Assembly (NCBI GenBank): GCA_964187785.1
Contig: OZ076417.1
Span: 43,772,001 to 43,836,000 of the forward strand
Length of the DNA: 64,000 nt
Reading direction: 5' to 3'
From: Amphiscolops sp. MND2022
Lineage: Eukaryota
Shown here: positions 24,751-38,000 of the stretch, in pieces
How positions within the stretch are numbered: the first letter of the stretch is position 1
How the letters are laid out: every line of letters starts with the position of its first letter
Position numbers and translations under genes: made by a program
The notes under the pieces: generated by a model
Seen by the model: the letters and a program-made list of their open reading frames with translations, nothing else
The model's database searches: none
What the model was told of the DNA's origin: nothing

Positions 24751-26344
24751 ATGAAAAAACCGAAAATATAAATGAAACACGAAGGCGTCATACTTCATGA
24801 GCTACAAAAGGGAAGACATTGACATTCTTCCAACCCTTTTTCGCCCCCAAAAAAAAACAATTAAAACTCATTTTGACGTCATTTTTAGGCTAAAAGGTAG
24901 CCTAGAAATTCTTCGAACAAATTGCGAAGCCATGTCTCTGTATTCGATTTCAGTTCTAAAATATATGAGATGAAAAATGAGAATCGCGTTCTTCAAATAT
25001 GAGAGATCAAATATGAGACAAAAAGTGCCTCTTGCTTGAAAAAAAAAGCATCATCTTACAAAAAATGAATCAATTTTTTGATTCTGAAGCATCATGTCAT
25101 GTTGAAGTATCCGTCACTAACCACTTCAGTAGTAGGGTGATCGGGAGAGCTCTAGTCATCTGGTCCGCTCAAAGGAAACTACATTTCAGAACATTCGATG
25201 TATTTCAACACGAAAGGAATTTTGAAATGAACTATCTCAGAAATCGTCGAAATGTGGCAATTTGTTTTTTTTCGATCGAGTATTCCTCAAAAACTTGACC
25301 TGATCGAAACAATCTGAATATAGGTACCTATATTAGAGCCGTTAGAGCTGAAGGATTGTGAAACGAACCGCAGATAAATCACGAGCTATTTCTGCAGTAG
25401 TTTCAGCCAAAATTATTCGTAAAAGCAAAATTGAGCAAAAATGCACCCCTTGTATGCATATGTATTCATAAATGCTTTCGATCAAACTTTTTCAAAACTG
25501 ATACTGTTACTTTCGATTTTAAAAAATTCTCGACAATAAAATCAAATCATTTCAATCAATCTGAAGTTTCTGAGCTTTTGATTGAGACCAACGACGAAAA
25601 AAATATTGAAAAATTACAGAGAAATACATTTCGTGAAACTAACAAAAGGTATTCTACAAGCTTTTTCTTCAATTTACACGCTGAGAAATTCGAAAAATGT
25701 AGGAAAATTAAGCGAGATATGATGTTCTCTTAAATTAATCTACATATCAAAAGCTTTCGATTAAACTCTGCTAGAAAGGAAATGAGTGGAACTAAATTTC
25801 GAGAAAAACAAGTTTCAAAATCTTCAGTGACATTTTGTGTTACTTCCAATCAAGTATTTGTGAAATCAAACAAAATTTCAAAAATCGCTCCCAACTTGAA
25901 TCAATCTAGAGGTTATCTTTCGACTGGGACTGTTGACGAAGACCTTGGGAGGAAAAATTGAAAAAAGACTGGATTTCCAGCCAGAGAGTTTTCAAAGAAA
26001 TCAGGGAAAACAATTTTCTAACAGAAGTAAATTTCCGGCATTTTGTTGCCAAACTCAAAAAAGACGATATTCTAGATTCTTTCGGAAAAAAGTTTGTCGT
26101 AAAATGTCAAAAAATCTGGAAAATTCGATCTTCCGAAAAAAAAGTTGCACAATGCAAAAAACCTAGGGGGCGCTTTTGAAATCAAAGAACAGTTCGAAAA
26201 TTCGCCCGCATCGATTACGTTACTTTTTATAGGTTATGTTTGAATTATTCACGTTATTCCAAAAGTATTCACTTCATATCGGATATATTTCACGTTATTT
26301 CTGTTGATACTTTTGCTTTGAAATCTAGAAAAAAAATCAGGTTC

Positions 26345-26405
26345 AAAACAGGATTTGAACACCCAACCTGAGGCCTGGCAGACATTGCAGTTAGCACACT
26401 GAAGT
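26345..26405 (-). mobile_element. Possible decayed tRNA-derived SINE head
   Basis: B-box-like GTTCAAATCC on the minus strand; A-box poor. Confidence 0.25.
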
Positions 26406-26739
26406 GAAGTACCAAATATTTCCAGTCCTTTTTGCCTCAGTACTTATAAAATTTTATAACTATCTTAGTTCGTGTGGGTCTTGAAAAATCACAGCTGTAC
26501 CTTCTTACAGGAAGCGTCAGAAAATATTTCCACCACAGATTAATGTATTCTAAAATTCTACAATTGTAGATCCAGGCGTTGCGCTTTTCGGCCGATACCT
26601 GTGACTATAATATACAACCATAATCCTCGGAGTAATCAAAAACATTGAAAAATTTTCAATATTTAAGTACTAAAAGTACTAATTTCCATCCAAGCGCATA
26701 ATTGTGATCAAACCAAATATATGTACAACTAAAATTATA

Positions 26740-27861
26740 TCATCGAGCGGTGAAATTTTTGATGTTAGGGTGAAGTTCAATGTTCAACATGTGTTTTATG
26801 GACCTTGTGACATTTTCAACTTTGGGGAGTGACAGTTGCTCCAAGTTGGCAGCATAGGGCATGGGCACGTCGGCTTGGGTGACTCTCATTGGAGGGGCAT
26901 CCAGATAATCGAAGGCATCTGATTCTACAATTCTGGCAACAATTTCGGATCCAACTCCACTTTGCGGCCATCCGGCCTCGACTGTGAGTAGATGGTTAGT
27001 CTTTTTAACTGAGTTCGCCACTGTTTCCATGTCAAGAGGTCGAATTGTTCTCAGGTTTATGACCTCGGCGTCGACTCCGTACTGCTCCTTGAGTTCCTGG
27101 GCTGCGTCCAAACATATAGCCACTTGTTTTGAGAACGATACAATTGTTACGTCACTGCCTTCTTTCTCGACGTGCGCTTTTCCTATTGGCAGAACAAAGT
27201 TTTCATCTAATGCTTCGTCTGACAATTCACAAGGGTTACCGTAAGCTAATTCGTTTTCAAGAAACACGACCGGGTCGTTATCTCGAACTGCAGCTTTGAA
27301 AAGACCCCTGTAGTCCTCGCCGGAATACGGAGAAATCACTTTCAAACCCGGGTTGTGTCCGTACCATGCTGCGAAACAGATGCTATGCTGTGCTGCAACG
27401 CCAGCCGCCGGGCCATTCGGACCTCGAAAGACGATGGGACAAGTGACGTCACCAGCTGACATGTAATGACTCTTGGCAGCAGAATTCAACACCTGGTCAA
27501 TGGCCTGCATTGCGAAATTGAAGGTCATGAACTCACAAATCGGTCGCAACCCAGCGAAGGCAGCGCCCACAGCAATTCCAGCGAAACCCATTTCTGTGAT
27601 AGGCGTATCGATGACTCGTTTGTCGCCCCATTTTTTGTAGAGGTTTTTTGTTACTTTGTAGGCTCCATCGTATTGAGCTACTTCTTCGCCCAAAATAAAA
27701 ACGTTGTCGTTCAATCGAATTTCATCATCTATGGCGCTGTTCAGTGCATCTCTGATAGTCATTTGAGTAGCTGATCGGAATGCTAGCTTCTGGGCTGATT
27801 TGAGAGACTGCATGCACTTCCTCAGGCCATTAGAGCCGGCAAATCGGTTCAAACTATTCAT
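26740..27861 (-). CDS. PDHB: Pyruvate dehydrogenase E1 beta subunit, mitochondrial (intronless, 373 aa)
   Basis: Basic N-terminal presequence, then [107 protein letters not shown]. Confidence 0.98.
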   Translation of the reverse strand: MNSLNRFAGSNGLRKCMQSLKSAQKLAFRSATQMTIRDALNSAIDDEIRLNDNVFILGEEVAQYDGAYKVTKNLYKKWGDKRVIDTPITEMGFAGIAVGAAFAGLRPICEFMTFNFAMQAIDQVLNSAAKSHYMSAGDVTCPIVFRGPNGPAAGVAAQHSICFAAWYGHNPGLKVISPYSGEDYRGLFKAAVRDNDPVVFLENELAYGNPCELSDEALDENFVLPIGKAHVEKEGSDVTIVSFSKQVAICLDAAQELKEQYGVDAEVINLRTIRPLDMETVANSVKKTNHLLTVEAGWPQSGVGSEIVARIVESDAFDYLDAPPMRVTQADVPMPYAANLEQLSLPKVENVTRSIKHMLNIELHPNIKNFTAR

Positions 27862-28002
27862 TCTAGGAACTGAAGAAAACCAAAGCTATAACTATCATCG
27901 TAACTGTGTCTACACAATGACTATACTTGGACACCTTGCTGTACTCAGTTTGTGCTCGAAAAACCACTTCAGATACGTTTTGCCAAAAAAGGACATCAAA
28001 TG

Positions 28003-28138
28003 TTTCAGAAACAAAACTTTCTAAAAACACAAGAAGAAAAATAAGATGAAATAATTTGAATTTTCATAATCAAAAGTTTCAGAAACAAAACTTTCTAAAA
28101 ACACAAGAAAAAAGATGAAAATATTTGAATTTTTATAT
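28003..28138. repeat. Imperfect direct repeat (period 74) between the MRPS9 stop and the PDHB start
   Basis: tttcagaaacaaaactttctaaaaacacaagaa at 28003 and 28077; strongly U-rich on the transcribed (minus) strand. Confidence 0.85.
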
Positions 28139-28491
28139 CATCGTTTTCGGAATCGTTTCTTCTTTCGAGCACCATGTTGAGCAATCTTGTGTCTTTCCCT
28201 TCTACGCGGATCATGAGTCAACAGTCCAGAGAGACGCAGCTTCTCAACCAGATCAGCAGACAAAAACGGCTCCATCGCTCTGGACAAAGCCAGTCTCAGT
28301 GAATTCGATTGACCACTTCGACCGCCACCTTGGCAAGTAGCTTTTATATGGAACTTTCCGTACATTTTTGTTACAGCCAACGGGAACAAAACTTGCTCGC
28401 GATCTTGCAGCAAGTCAAAGTGCTCATACAGAGAAAGGCCATTGACGAAAACAGTTGGGACTTCACCGTCTTTGCAGGGTCGCAATTCCAC
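28138..28491 (-). CDS. MRPS9: Mitochondrial ribosomal protein S9 (uS9m), coding exon 3 (last)
   Basis: S9 domain: QDREQVLFP, GGGRSGQSNSLRLAL, GLLTHDPRRRERHK..GARKK. Acceptor TTGCCTAG|GTG at 28492/28491 (phase 0); TGA at 28140-28138. Confidence 0.95.
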   Translation of the reverse strand: MELRPCKDGEVPTVFVNGLSLYEHFDLLQDREQVLFPLAVTKMYGKFHIKATCQGGGRSGQSNSLRLALSRAMEPFLSADLVEKLRLSGLLTHDPRRRERHKIAQHGARKKKRFRKR

Positions 28492-29033
28492 CTAGGCAAT
28501 GAACAGTTTTACGGAAATATGGCAACATGAAACAATGTATTAGATTACGTCACTAGTTGTAATAAGGTCAGGTTTGGCTAATTATAATCGGTTTCATTAA
28601 AATTATCGAAAATAAGCACTGACCCGAATGTGTTATTTGATATACGAACTTCCGATTTTCGTTTCGAGCACTTGAAAATCTAAATGCATGCTAATTAATT
28701 TAGGCTTGGTTCATTCGAAGACTATAAACCACACGCATAGAAACTGAATTGAATGTTCTTTAAACATTTTAATCGGATAGAAATGATTTGATTAAAACAT
28801 GATATGTCAATACAATTAACAGCAGATCCTGAATATCGTATGATCTTTTCCTTAATTTAGTTTTTCTATCATGTTGCTAAATCAGGGACCATAACTATAA
28901 GCCAGCAGAAAAGGAACATTATTGAAGCTAAGGCCTGCAAACGATTAGGTTGAGACCCACTGCACCGTTAGTAGTAGGGGAGCATATGCTTCGAGTTTTC
29001 ACACTAGTCGGGCCCTAAATAACTATTTTAGGA

Positions 29034-29095
29034 GGTGGCGGGAGCGAACCTCCGATCACCTTATCACTGCACCATGGAGAGCTGACTGCATCGAA
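29034..29095 (-). mobile_element. Possible decayed tRNA-derived SINE head
   Basis: Minus strand TGGTGCAGTG (A-box-like) and GGTTCGCTCCCG (B-box-like), spaced too closely for a tRNA. Confidence 0.3.
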
Positions 29096-32000
29096 ATTCA
29101 AGTTTAATTTCATACACAGTATGTTCATTATGGTTTCAAACGATCTTTTTCAAAGCTTTTAAACTTTTTAATGTCAGTCAATGGTCTTGAAAATACTCCT
29201 CAACGTTCTTGGTTTTCGCAAGTAGCCATGATCCCAGTGATGCGGGTTCATGTCGGACCGTCATTTTTTGCGACCATGATTACTCACTACGTATTTAAGC
29301 TGAAGACAATTTATTCACAACTCAGTTATTTTCTTATCAATGTATTTTTTTGTATGGATTGAATAAAGTCTATTGATTACTCATGTCTTTCTTGAAGTCG
29401 ATTGTTTGTGCTTTTTTGTTTTCAATGAACTAAATATCAGAAGTGATCTTCTCTTTTCGAAAGACTCCAAACAGCACAATAGCGAGCCTTTCCTGTTTTC
29501 ATTTCATGTGACTTTAGTGCCACTGTTCTGTTTTGTCATCACTTCCTTCAGAATGTTTTCCGGTTTATTGCTCATGTTCTCTATAATTTTGCTGTATATG
29601 CTGAAGGTTTTTCCTAGCGAATGGTTTCTTTCCACGATAGCTGACTGGTTAGTTCCAGGGGTGCCTAAAAATTAATTGCCATTTCCATTAATGGCCATTT
29701 TTCCCTTCGATTAATGGATTGCAGGCATTTACAAAAAAGGAAAATGGAGGGAAGAGTATGCCAGTAATTGCATTATTGGTACTTTCTGTGTCGAATTATT
29801 TACGAACAGATTTATTGTGCAAATATGCAGACTACTTGTGCTGTACATGTAATGTAACACGCCGAGCGTTGAATTTGAATATTGATCAGCCAATCAGAGA
29901 AAAGCTGGCTTCCGCTTTACTTATCGCCCATGTATTAGTTTATATACACACCTCAAACACTATTAGTTGTTATTCTTTTACTGCAGTGTTTCAATTGAAT
30001 CTGCCAAGGCTGACATGACACCAAAAGCCGTTAGTCTTCTTTATTTCCCACAAGTTGTCGGTGAACAAGATCTCTGGCGGTGCATATTCAACAGGACACT
30101 TGTTCAGAAAGCCAGCGAGGTATATTCAAATTTATTCAATAAACATTAAATTAGACCACCCTAGCTTTTCTAATGAAAAAGATTTATCACAGCCTTGTAT
30201 TATTAGTTCAAAAAAAGCAAAACAGCCTTTTTATGGTTGAAGTGGGTGTGCTTAGGAATTCATTCAGTGTCATACGAAAATGCCATCGGTAAAATTCAAA
30301 ACGGCGGAGAGCACACTTACGAAGTCTGAGTGCGAATTTGTGGAAATGCTCAAGAATTATAATGTTCAAGTTACTACGATAGACGACTTTCCAGAACAAG
30401 GTGATTTGGCTACTAACCTATCGAAACGCAGGAGAAGGAATCAAAGAGTCGGTTAAATCGGCGTATCAGACGTTAGACTTCCTGCTCAGCTACATTCACT
30501 TACTCTGATTTACGCCACAAATTGCTCCCATTAATCTAGAAATGCAACTTTTTTGAAAGCCAATGAAGCATTCTGGAACGAAGAAGTTACGAAGGCGCTG
30601 AACGAAAGTTGATGCAAAAACAAAAACTTCAATTTTTAATGTATGTTATACATTAGTATAATTTAGTTTTCGGAGGCCCCCTTACTCAATTTTCAACCTA
30701 GCCTTACGAAACTTCCCCCAAGTCCATAGTACCATACATAAGGTTTGGGATTTCTTTTTTATTCTCAGCCGTTTCTAAGCTAAATTAGATTTAATTTTCT
30801 AAAATACTTTGTCCATTTCGTTTCTGTATCGAATAATTCGAATAATAGTCACGTAATTGTTTCTGGAAGATTGTGATAATCTATATTGTTTGTTTTGGTG
30901 GTTTAGCTAGGCCATAGGTAATTATGAACACTCAGCTCCGCCGCATTAATTTCTAGGGCGGGAATTATGAAACCAGAGACCAGCTTCGATTGTTACTGCA
31001 GGGAGTGAAAGTGTCATTGCGTCTCATTAGCTCGGTCAAAGTTTCCATTCGAATCACATATCATGATAGCAACAAACGACGTTTCGAAGAAGCCAAAGGA
31101 TTCATCAAGTGTTTCCACCACGAGGACGCTGCTCAGTTTCTGCATACACTTCAACTACATCAACTGTTTAAGGTGGAAACTTCATTCTTTCCAGCTGATT
31201 TCGTCACTGTGCGAGCGAGAACTTTTCATCCTCGGTATGTATCATCCGTCAGAAAAGAACAAGCGGCCAATAATCTTTGTCTCTGATAAAGGACTGTAAG
31301 AGTAATGTTTCCCACATCTTCCCATTTGAATGAAACATTATTTTGAAGCGGAGCTTTAAAACAAGGAATGTGCATTGAACGTACTTAATTCGCGCAAAGG
31401 ATTAGAACAATTAGAAATTTGTGGCGGTCATTACGTTTGACTGCGACAACCACGTTAAAGTTCTTTCAGTTCCCCTAGAAGATCAAGGAGCTGTGGCGGA
31501 AAACGGTGGTTGTAATCAGTGTCGACAATTCGACCATTCGTGAGACTTTGATTGCCCAGCAGAGCTCACTCAACGGAAAATCATGAGTGTATTATTCCTG
31601 ATAACTGGAGAGGGAGTAAACGACTGACTATGTCACCACACTTTCAATGAGGTGTGAACTTCTTCATCTTAAACGTTTACAATATAATTTTTCTGTTCCA
31701 GGCGCAGACAACCTTCTCGATTAACTATTTTTCTTCCGAAGACGCCAACACCTTGAGTTGGTCTCAATTGCTAAGTGAAAATGCCACCGGCAGCTATTCC
31801 AGCAATTGAAGAGCTAGCTTTGTCCATGGTTTCCAGTTGCGCCAGGGTTTAGTTGCTTTCCAAAGTGCTTCATTGTATGCCCAAAGAAAGTTACAATAAC
31901 ACCTACGTGGAAAATGAAGTGAAGCTTTTTAAAATTCCCTTTCTCGCGGCAAGGATGTTGTTGCGGAGGGGCTGAAATGTCACATGTGTTCTTAAAAAAC

Positions 32001-35000
32001 ATAAAGCCCTGCCATTTTATATAAAGTATATGACTGTGTATAAAGTTTTTGTTCCATTTGCTGTTTACTATGGGGTAATTGGAAATGGAGAGAGACTTGT
32101 TCCCTTCATTTCGAAATGTTTTGTTGCTACTGAAAGACTGACGCTGTCATCGGCACCTATTATCGGGAAATCTTTCATTTCCCCAACCCTTTCTCAGGGC
32201 AAGGATGTGTTGTTGCGGAGGAGCTGAAATGTCATATGTGTTCTTACCCTGCAGTGAAAGAACATGTCATGCCAAATTCAGCTTCATTCATTGTTTGCTT
32301 TGACCAAAACAAATAACATTTCGCTCGTCACCAAACTGATGAGTGCTAAGTACCTCAACAAATATGCAGCTAGCAAGTACAAACACAGTCAAGCAACTGT
32401 CAAGTGAGGTTCTTCCACTGACAACTATCTAGCCAAAACTAATAACAGAACATAAAATCATCGTGTTAGATCACTCAATGACTTGAATGACAAGAAACGT
32501 CCACCATTCTCAGGTATCCAAGGTGTGAATATTGCACAAACAGAGTTTTTGCGGTGGTCATTACGTTTGCCAGCGACAACCACGTTAAAAGTTCTTTCAG
32601 TTCCCCTAGAAATTCGAGCTGTGGCGGAAAACGGTGGTTGTAATCAGTGTCAACAATTCGAGCATTCGTGAGACTTTGATTGCCTAGCAAAGCTCAGTCA
32701 ACGGAAAATCATGAGTGTATTATTGCTGATAATTTGAAGAAGCAGTAAACGACTGATTATGTCACCACACTTTCAATGAGGCCCCTGAACTTCTTCATCT
32801 TAAACGTTTACAAGATAATTTTCCTGTTCCAAGCGACTGCCACCTTCCCGATTAACTGTTTCTTCGGAAGACGCCAACGCCTTGAGTCGGTCTCAATTGC
32901 CAAGTGAAAATGCCACCAGCAACTATTCCACCAAATGAAGAGCTAGCTTTGTCCATAGATTCAAGTTGCGCCACGGTTCAATAGATTTCCAAAGTGCTTC
33001 ATTGTATGTCCAAAAAAGTTATGTCCCATTTCATATAAAGGAAAATATATGAAGGTGTAAAAAAAAGTTTGTTCCATTTGCTGTTTACTATGCGGGAATT
33101 CGAAACGGAGTTCGACTTGTTCTCGCATCCTTCATCTCGAGAATGTTTCGTTGCTGCTGAAAGACTGAAGTTGTCATCGGCAACTATTATCGGGAAATCT
33201 TTCAATTCCTGTACCTTTTCTGACGGCAACGATGTTGTTGCGGAGGAGCTGAAATGTCACATGTGTTCTTACCCTGCAGTGAAAGAACATGTCATGCTAA
33301 ATTCACCTTCATTGTTTGCTTCGACCGAAACAAATGATAACACTTTGCTCGTCACCAAACTCATGAGTGCCAAATACCTGAACAAATATGCTGCTGGCAA
33401 GAAGGAACACAGTCAAGTAACTATAAAGTGAGGTTCTTTCACGGACAACTATCTAGCCAAAACTAATAACAGAACATAAAATCATCGTGTTAGATCCCTC
33501 AATGACTTGAATGACAAGAAACGTCCACCATTCTCAGGTATCCAAGGTGTGAATATTGCACAAACTGAGTTTTTGTGGTGGTCATTACGTTTGCCTACGA
33601 CAACAACGTTCAAAATTTTTCAGTTCCACAAGAAGATCGAGGCGCTGTGGCGGAACAGGGTGGTTGTAATCAGTATCGACATTTTGAGCATTCGTGAGCC
33701 TTTATTGCCTAGCAGAGCTCACTCAACGGAAAATCATGAGTGTATTACTGCTGATAATTTGAAGAGGCAGTAAACGACTGATTATGTCACCACACTTTCA
33801 ATGAGGCCCCTAACTCCTTCATATTAAACGTTTACAATATAATTTTTCTGTTCCAAGCGAAGACAACCTTCTCGATTAACTGTTTCTTCCGAAGACGCCA
33901 ACACCTTGAGTTGGTTTCAATTGCTAAGTGAATATGCCACCAGCAGCTATTCCAGCAATTGAAGAGCTAGCTTTGTCCATGGTTTCCAGTTGCGCCAGGT
34001 TTAGTTGCTTTCCAAAGAGCTTCATTGTATGCACAAAGAAAGTTACAGTAAAACCTACGTGGAAAATGAAGTGAAGCTTTTTAAAATTCCCTTTCTCGCG
34101 GCAAGGATGTTCTTGCGGAGGAGCTGAAATGTCACATGTGTTCTTACCCTGCAGTGAACGAACATGTCATGCCAAATTCAGCTTTATTGTTTGCTTTGAT
34201 CAAAACAAATAACATTTCGCTCGTCACCAAACTCATGAGTGCTAAATACCTCAACAAATATGCAGCTGGCAAGAAGGAACACAGTCAAGTAACTATCAAG
34301 TGAGGTTCTTTCACTGACAACTATCGAGCCAAAACTAATGACAGAGGACAAAATAGTCGTGTTAGATCACTCACTCAAAGATTTGAATGACAACAAACGT
34401 CAATTCTCCGGTATCCAAGGTGTGAATACTGCACAAACTGAGTTTTTGTGGTGGTCATTACGTTTACCTGCGACAACCACGTTCAAAGTTCTTTCAGTTC
34501 CCCTAGAAAATCGAGGAGCTGTGGCGGAAAACGGTGGTTGTTATCAGTGTCGACAATGTGAGCATTCGTGAGACTTTGATTGCCTAGCAGAGCTCAGTCA
34601 ACGGAAAATCATGAGTGTATTATTGCTGATAACTGAAGAGGGAGTAAACGACTCCGAGCGACTGCCACCTTCCCGATTAACTATGTTTCTTCGGAAGACG
34701 CCAACACCTTGAGTTGGTCTCAATTGCCAAGTGAAAATGCCACCAGCAGCTATTCCAGCAAATGAAGAGCTAGCTTTGTCCATGGATTCCAGTTGCGCCA
34801 CGGTTCAATAGATTTCCAAAGTGCCTCATTGTATGTCCAAAGAAAGTTACAGCAACACCTACGTGGAAAATGAAGTGAAGCTTTTTAGAAGCCCTGTCAT
34901 TTTATATTAGGAAAGTTAATGACTGTGATTAAAGTTTTTGTACCATTTGCTGTTTACTATGGGATAATTGGAAATGGAGATAGACTTGTTCTCGCACCCT

Positions 35001-38000
35001 CCATTTCGAAAATGTTTTGTTGCTACTGAAAGACTGATGCTGTCATCGGCGCCTATTATCGGAAAATCTTTCATTTCCCCAACCCTTTCTCACGGCAAGG
35101 ATGTTGTTGCGGGGGAGCTGAAATGTCAAATGTGTTCTTACCCTGCAGTGAAAGAACATGTCATGCCCAATTCAGCTTCATTCATTGTTTGCTTTGACCA
35201 AAACAAATGATAACATTTCGCTCGTCACCAAACTGTTGAGTGCTAAGTACCTCAACAAATATGCAGCTAGCAAGTACAAACACAGTCAAGCAACTGTCAA
35301 GTGAGGTTCTTCCACTGACAACTATCTAGCCAAAACTAATAACAGAACATAAAATCATCGTGTTAGATCCCTCAATGACTTGAATGACAAGAAACGTCCA
35401 CCATTCTCAGGTATCCAAGGTGTGAATATTGCACAAACAGAGTTTTTTCGGTGGTCATTACGTTTGCCAGCGACAACCACGTTAAAAGTTCTTTCAGTTC
35501 CCCTAGAAATTCGAGCTGTGGCGGAAAACGGTGGTTGTTATTAGTGTCGACAATCTGAGCATTCGTGAGACTTTGATTGCCTAGCAGAGCTCAGTCAACG
35601 GAAAATCATGAGTGTATTATTGCTGATAATTTGAAGAAGCAGTAAACGACTGATTATGTCACCACACTTTCAATGAGGCCCCTGAACTTCTTCATCTTAA
35701 ACGTTTACAACAATTTTTCTGTTCCAGGCGAAGACAACCTTCTCGATTAACTATGTTTCTTCGGAAGACGCCAACACCTTGAGTTGGTCTCAATTGCTAA
35801 GTGAAAATGACACCAGCAGCTATTCCAGCAATTGAAGAGCTAGCTTTGTCCATGGTTTCCAGTTGCGCCAGGGTTAAGTTGCTTTCCGAAGTGCTTCATT
35901 GTATGCACAAAGGAAGTTACAGTAACACCTACGTGGAAAATGAAGTGAAGCTTTTCAAAAGCCCTGCCATTTTATATTAGGAAAGTTAATGACTGTGTTT
36001 AAAGTTTTTGTTCCATTTGCTGTTTACTATGGGGGAATTCGAAACGGAAATAGACTTGTTCTCGCATCCTTCATTTCGAGGATAATTTGTTGCTGCTGAA
36101 AGACTGATGCTGTCATCGGCACCTATTATCGGAAAATCTTTCATTTCCCCAACCCTTTCTCACGGCAAGGATGTTGTTGCGGGGGAGCTGAAATGTCAAA
36201 TGTGTTCTTACCCTGCAGTGAAAGAACATGTCATGCCCAATTCAGCTTCATTCATTGTTTGCTTTGACCAAAACAAATGATAACATTTCGCTCGTCACCA
36301 AACTGTTGAGTGCTAAGTACCTCAACAAATATGCAGCTAGCAAGTACAAACACAGTCAAGCAACTGTCAAGTGAGGTTCTTCCACTGACAACTATCTAGC
36401 CAAAACTAATAACAGAACATAAAATCATCGTGTTAGATCCCTCAATGACTTGAATGACAAGAAACGTCCACCATTCTCAGGTATCCAAGGTGTGAATATT
36501 GCACAAACAGAGTTTTTTCGGTGGTCATTACGTTTGCCAGCGACAACCACGTTAAAAGTTCTTTCAGTTCCCCTAGAAATTCGAGCTGTGGCGGAAAACG
36601 GTGGTTGTTATTAGTGTCGACAATCTGAGCATTCGTGAGACTTTGATTGCCTAGCAGAGCTCAGTCAACGGAAAATCATGAGTGTATTATTGCTGATAAT
36701 TTGAAGAAGCAGTAAACGACTGATTATGTCACCACACTTTCAATGAGGCCCCTGAACTTCTTCATCTTAAACGTTTACAACAATTTTTCTGTTCCAGGCG
36801 AAGACAACCTTCTCGATTAACTATGTTTCTTCGGAAGACGCCAACACCTTGAGTTGGTCTCAATTGCTAAGTGAAAATGACACCAGCAGCTATTCCAGCA
36901 ATTGAAGAGCTAGCTTTGTCCATGGTTTCCAGTTGCGCCAGGGTTAAGTTGCTTTCCGAAGTGCTTCATTGTATGCACAAAGGAAGTTACAGTAACACCT
37001 ACGTGGAAAATGAAGTGAAGCTTTTCAAAAGCCCTGCCATTTTATATTAGGAAAGTTAATGACTGTGTTTAAAGTTTTTGTTCCATTTGCTGTTTACTAT
37101 GGGGGAATTCGAAACGGAAATAGACTTGTTCTCGCATCCTTCATTTCGAGGATAATTTGTTGCTGCTGAAAGACTGATGCTGTCATCGGCACCTATTATC
37201 GGGAAATCTTTCATTTCCCCTACCCTTTCTCACGGCAAGGATGTTGTTGCGGAGGAGCTGAAATGTCACATGCGTTCTTACCCTGCAGTGAAAGGACATG
37301 TCATGCCAAATTCAGCTTCATTTCATTGTTTGCTTTGACCAAAACAAATGATAGCATTTTGCTCGTCACCAAACTGATGAGTGCTAAGTACCTCAACAAA
37401 TATGCAGCTAGCAAGAACAAACAGTCCAGCAACTGTCAAGTGAGGTTCTTCCACTGACAACTATCTAGACAAAACTAATAACAGAACATAAAATCATCGT
37501 GTTAGAGCCCTCAATGACTTGAATGACAAGAAACGTCCACCATTCTCAGGTATCCAAGGTGTGAATATTGCACAAACTGAGTTTTTGCGGTGGTCATTAC
37601 GTTTGCCAGCGACAACCACGTTAAAAGTTCTTTCAGTTCCCCTGGAAATTCGAGCTGTGGCGGAAAACGGTGGTTGTTTCAGTGTCGACAATTCGAGCAT
37701 TCGTGAGACTTTGATTGCCTAGCAGAGCTCAGTCAACGGAAAATCATGTGTATTATTGCTGATAATTTGAAGAAGCAGTAAACGACTGATTATGTCACCA
37801 CACTTTCAATGAGGCCCCTGAACTTCTCCATCTTAAACGTTTACAAGATAATTTTCCTGTTCCAAGCGACTGCCACCTTCCCGATTAACTGTTTCTTCGG
37901 AAGACGCCAACGCCTTGAGTCGGTCTCAATTGCCAAGTGAAAATGCCACCAGCAACTATTCCACCAAATAAAGAGCTAGCTTTGTCCATAGATTCAAGTT

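Noticed and set aside
26984-28530. Plus-strand ORFs overlapping PDHB and MRPS9 exon 3
   Set aside because: Antisense shadows of real coding sequence, with no recognisable motifs.
29656-30165. Possible hAT-like TIR pair (caggggtgcctaa .. ttagaccaccctag)
   Set aside because: The match is too imperfect and no TSD was found.
30990-31300. LINE endonuclease-like PRGGNTLD on the minus strand
   Set aside because: A single short motif across frameshifts, with no supporting motifs.
32740-32830. Monomer as a spliced-leader RNA gene (GTAAAC about 70 nt upstream of an Sm-like ATAATTTTCCTG; ~1-kb tandem unit)
   Set aside because: The donor lacks the usual AG|GT context, the Sm site is imperfect and I could not establish the stem-loops. 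Worth revisiting only if a leader found in transcripts matches the monomer.
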